Source: an uncultured Gemmatimonadales bacterium (lineage in GTDB: Bacteria > Gemmatimonadota > Gemmatimonadetes > Gemmatimonadales > Gemmatimonadaceae). Taken from it: 64,000 nucleotides of DNA. The stretch covers positions 77,511 to 141,510 of the forward strand of contig CAWBZV010000011.1 of the NCBI GenBank assembly GCA_963793305.1, written 5' to 3'. The position numbers and the translations under genes are program-made. This document shows positions 61,269 to 64,000 of the stretch, in pieces. How positions within the stretch are numbered: the stretch's first letter is position 1; each line of letters opens with the position of its first letter. Below the pieces are notes generated by a model. The model saw only the letters and a list, made by a program, of their open reading frames with translations. It did not search any database and was not told the origin of the DNA.

Positions 61269-63548
61269 ATGAGTGCACTGGACCGCATCCTCGCGCAATT
61301 TCCCGGCGCCAAGCGTCAGGGCGCCGGCTACATGACGCGCTGTCCTGCTCACAAGGACACACGACCGTCCCTATCGATTCGCGAAGGCGACGATGGTCGC
61401 GTTCTCATCTTTTGCTTCGGCGGATGCCAGTCCGAGTCGGTACTCGCCGCCGTCGGACTGACCTTCGGCGATTTGTATGAGAACGGCCCAGCGGCGAGTC
61501 GGCTTGGCGAACCGGTGGCCCTTTACGACTACTACGGTTCGAGCGGCGCCCTACTCTATCAAGTCGTTCGGTACTCTCCAAAGGAATTCAGGCAACGACG
61601 GCGTGGCCCAAATGGCGTGGGTTGGATTTGGGATCTCAAAGGCATCGAGCGAGTGCCGTACAATCTCGCTGAGGTGAAGGTCGAAGCAGCTACAGGCGGA
61701 ATCGTCTTCGTCCCCGAAGGAGAGAAAGATGTCGAGACGCTTGGGATGCTCGGCCTGGTGGCGACTACCAACAGCAGTGGTGCCGGCCAATGGTCCGCAT
61801 CCCATGCCGCGCATCTCCGTGGCGCTTGCGTAGTCGTCTTACCCGACAACGATGCGGTCGGCCGGCGCCATGCCGCGACCGTTGCCGCCACCTGTCTTGC
61901 TGCCGGGGCACGATGGGTTCGGATCGTTGAACTTCCGAATCTTCCGCCAGGAGGGGACGTCAGTGATTGGGTAGCTGACGGTGGCACCGTCCAGCGACTG
62001 CTAGACCTAGTACGTGACACGCCGGCGAGCCAGGTCGAACCATCAGCGGCTGTGGCCACGACCGGCGAGTCTGACAGTCCATCGGCACCGTTCACAGACA
62101 TCGGCAATGGCGAGCGCCTGGTCAGCCGCAATGGTGGTCGCATTCGCTTCGTTCACGGGCTAGGCTGGCACATCTACAACGACGTCCTCTGGTGCCCGGA
62201 CGACACGTTGGAGATAGAGCGTTTAGCCAAGGACACTATTCGCTCGATCAATCAAGAAGCGGCCCGCACGGCCGACGCCAAGTTGCGCGAGGAGGTGTTA
62301 AAGCACGCCAAGCGGTCCGAGTCAAACAGCCGCGTGAAAGCCATGCTTGAGCGCGCACGCGCGGAGCTCGGCATCCCGTTGCGGGTCACGCAGCTCGATG
62401 CCGACCCATGGGCGCTCAACGTACAAAACGGCATCATCGATCTGCGACGGGGCGAACTGGGACAACACGACCCGACCGCGTACTGCTCAAAGCTGGCGCC
62501 CGTAAAATACGACCCGACCGCCACCTGTCCTCTATGGCTCTCCTTCTTGGATCGAGTCTTTTCCGGTAACCAAGAGTTGATCGCGTTCGTCCAACGCGCC
62601 TTCGCGTACTCACTCACAGGATCGACCGAACAGCAGGTGTTGTTTCTGTTGCACGGGTCAGGCTCCAACGGCAAGAGCACGCTGCTTGAGATCCTGCATG
62701 CATTGCTCGGCTCGTACGCGGCACGCGCTCGTTTTACAACGCTAATGGTGCGTCGCGCTGGGGGGAGTGCCAGCGAGGACATTGCTAGACTCGACAGAAT
62801 GCGCGTCGTGACGTTGGTGGAGACCGCGGAGGATCAGCAGTTGAACGAGTCGCTGGTTAAGAGCCTCACAGGCAGCGACACGGTAGTAGCTCGCTATCTC
62901 TACCAGGGCTCGTTCGAGTTCGTGCCTCAGTTCAAGCTGTGGCTCGCGACGAACAGGCTTCCTGACATTCGGGGGACAGACGACGGAATCTGGCGCCGCA
63001 TCCTTCTGATACCCTTCGCCGTTCACATTGCGCGCTCCGAGTGGGATGTTGCGCTCAAAGAGAAGATCTGCGCCAACGAGCTGGCCGGCGTCCTCCATTG
63101 GGCAGTGCTTGGTCTTGCGAGCTATCGAGAGCGCGGTCTCGCGCCACCTGACATTGTGCTCGGTGCGACCGAGGCGTACCGGAGTGACAGCGACACGTTC
63201 CAGGTATTCATTGACGAGTGCTGTGAAGTGCGCCCCAATGCGCTCACGCCCGCGACCGCACTCTTCGGGCGATACAAGCATTGGTCCGAGGGGCGCGGTG
63301 AGCGCGCTGGCACTCAAACGTGGTTCGGTCGCCGCCTGAGCGATCGTGGTTTTGAGGCCGTGCGCGGCAGGCGATCCTCAGGTGGCCGGGCGCTAAGGCG
63401 TGGGCTCGTTTTGCAGCCTGTGGAGAGGGTTGGAGAGAGTTCGCATACTGGTCCTCAAACTCGATCGGAGTTTGGATCACCTGGCGCGAACCCTCTCCAA
63501 CTCTCTCCGCCGCGCCCGCCCACGAATGAGCCGGGGGACGCGCAATGA
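61269..63548 (+). CDS. P4-family primase-helicase (Zn-binding, TOPRIM, D5_N, SF3 helicase)
   Basis: CPAHKD..CFGGC, EGEKD, PDND, DVSDW; TDIGNGER; GSGSNGKST Walker A, KLWLATN, GIWRR. Confidence 0.93.
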   Translation: MSALDRILAQFPGAKRQGAGYMTRCPAHKDTRPSLSIREGDDGRVLIFCFGGCQSESVLAAVGLTFGDLYENGPAASRLGEPVALYDYYGSSGALLYQVVRYSPKEFRQRRRGPNGVGWIWDLKGIERVPYNLAEVKVEAATGGIVFVPEGEKDVETLGMLGLVATTNSSGAGQWSASHAAHLRGACVVVLPDNDAVGRRHAATVAATCLAAGARWVRIVELPNLPPGGDVSDWVADGGTVQRLLDLVRDTPASQVEPSAAVATTGESDSPSAPFTDIGNGERLVSRNGGRIRFVHGLGWHIYNDVLWCPDDTLEIERLAKDTIRSINQEAARTADAKLREEVLKHAKRSESNSRVKAMLERARAELGIPLRVTQLDADPWALNVQNGIIDLRRGELGQHDPTAYCSKLAPVKYDPTATCPLWLSFLDRVFSGNQELIAFVQRAFAYSLTGSTEQQVLFLLHGSGSNGKSTLLEILHALLGSYAARARFTTLMVRRAGGSASEDIARLDRMRVVTLVETAEDQQLNESLVKSLTGSDTVVARYLYQGSFEFVPQFKLWLATNRLPDIRGTDDGIWRRILLIPFAVHIARSEWDVALKEKICANELAGVLHWAVLGLASYRERGLAPPDIVLGATEAYRSDSDTFQVFIDECCEVRPNALTPATALFGRYKHWSEGRGERAGTQTWFGRRLSDRGFEAVRGRRSSGGRALRRGLVLQPVERVGESSHTGPQTRSEFGSPGANPLQLSPPRPPTNEPGDAQ
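63422..63508. repeat. Inverted iteron array, candidate replication origin
   Basis: GGAGAGGGTT-GGAGAGAGTT-CGC ... GCG-AACCCTCTCC-AACTCTCTCC with inner CAAACTC/GAGTTTG hairpin. Confidence 0.75.
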
Positions 63549-63808
63549 GTCCCCGCTCGAGCGAACCTGAATCGTTGGCACTAGAGACGGCCGCCTGGCT
63601 TCGCATTGGCCACGCGCCGCCAGAGTACCTGACTGTCGACGAAGCCGCTGGCTACCTCCGCATGTCCAGCCGGCAACTGATCGACCGCGCGGACATTGTG
63701 CGTGTCGACGTTGCATTGCCGGGCGCTACGCGTCCACAGTGGCGCTACAGATTGACCTATCTCCAATCGCGATTCGGAATGACGCCGCCCCCGAATCAAG
63801 GGAAGTGA
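63545..63808 (+). CDS. Excisionase/AlpA-like HTH protein
   Basis: YLTVDEAAGYLRMS..QWRYR; ATGA coupling to primase. Confidence 0.7.
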   Translation: MSPRSSEPESLALETAAWLRIGHAPPEYLTVDEAAGYLRMSSRQLIDRADIVRVDVALPGATRPQWRYRLTYLQSRFGMTPPPNQGK

Positions 63809-63879
63809 TACACCGCACCGCGCCAACGGTTTTGGTGTGCTACAATCGGGATTGACTTGTGTATGTCACTGAGGATCTC

Positions 63880-64000
63880 ATGAAATCCGTTACTACCGCA
63901 GCATCGAGGCGCCGGCAGAAGCTTGAGCGATATGTGTTCCGTCGTGACCGGTCGCCGTTCCTCTGGATTCGTATGCCTACGATGGATGGCCGGCGCAAGC
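63880..64000 (+). CDS. Probable tyrosine integrase, N-terminal fragment (truncated by window)
   Basis: GAGGA RBS; MKSVTTAASRRRQKLERYVFRRDRSPFLWIRMPTMDGRRK resembles an arm-binding N-terminus; follows the Xis-like gene. Confidence 0.5.
   Translation, partial: MKSVTTAASRRRQKLERYVFRRDRSPFLWIRMPTMDGRRK

Larger units (their letters stand above)
54719..64000. mobile_element. Integrative P4/PICI-like element (phage satellite or integrated plasmid) in tRNA-Arg(CCT); continues past window end
   Basis: tRNA 3' fragment boundary, P4-type primase-helicase, ori-like inverted iterons, Xis-like and multiple HTH genes, probable integrase start; no structural genes seen. Confidence 0.85.

Overview
GC-rich bacterial chromosome segment. 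Gene content and order (McsA-McsB-ClpC, fused LpxC-FabZ, BshC, ADOP permease, Ser/Thr kinase-TPR, 'AAC-TSPT' lipoproteins) suggest a diderm of the Gemmatimonadota; this is inference. 1-45.0 kb is a co-oriented housekeeping stretch: era, prfB with a genuine programmed +1 frameshift, lysS, lolCE/D, mcsAB-clpC, bamA-skp-lpx cluster, gdh, rlmH, bshC, murJ, uvrC, larC, der-plsY-gpsA, surE-pcm, apt and a MoxR/Bat operon. Many essential genes there carry 1-nt indels that look like sequencing or assembly errors. 45-54.7 kb is a variable region: ADOP permease, type IV pilin with a sigma54-type promoter, OsmC and methyltransferase, mobile mystery A/B with paired operators, and a deleted kinase. From 54.72 kb to the end lies an integrative, P4/PICI-like element. 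Its left end is the displaced 3' half of tRNA-Arg(CCT). It carries several HTH genes, a primase-SF3 helicase with an inverted-iteron ori-like structure, a Xis-like gene and the start of a probable integrase. The best candidate for an undescribed system is inside this element: an XRE gene, a ~500-aa TPR-like protein, and a convergent 44-aa lipopeptide gene missed by the ORF track (mature C-terminus CGGGVTGGTGTC). The layout resembles an RRNPP/arbitrium-type peptide-receptor pair, but in a diderm host.
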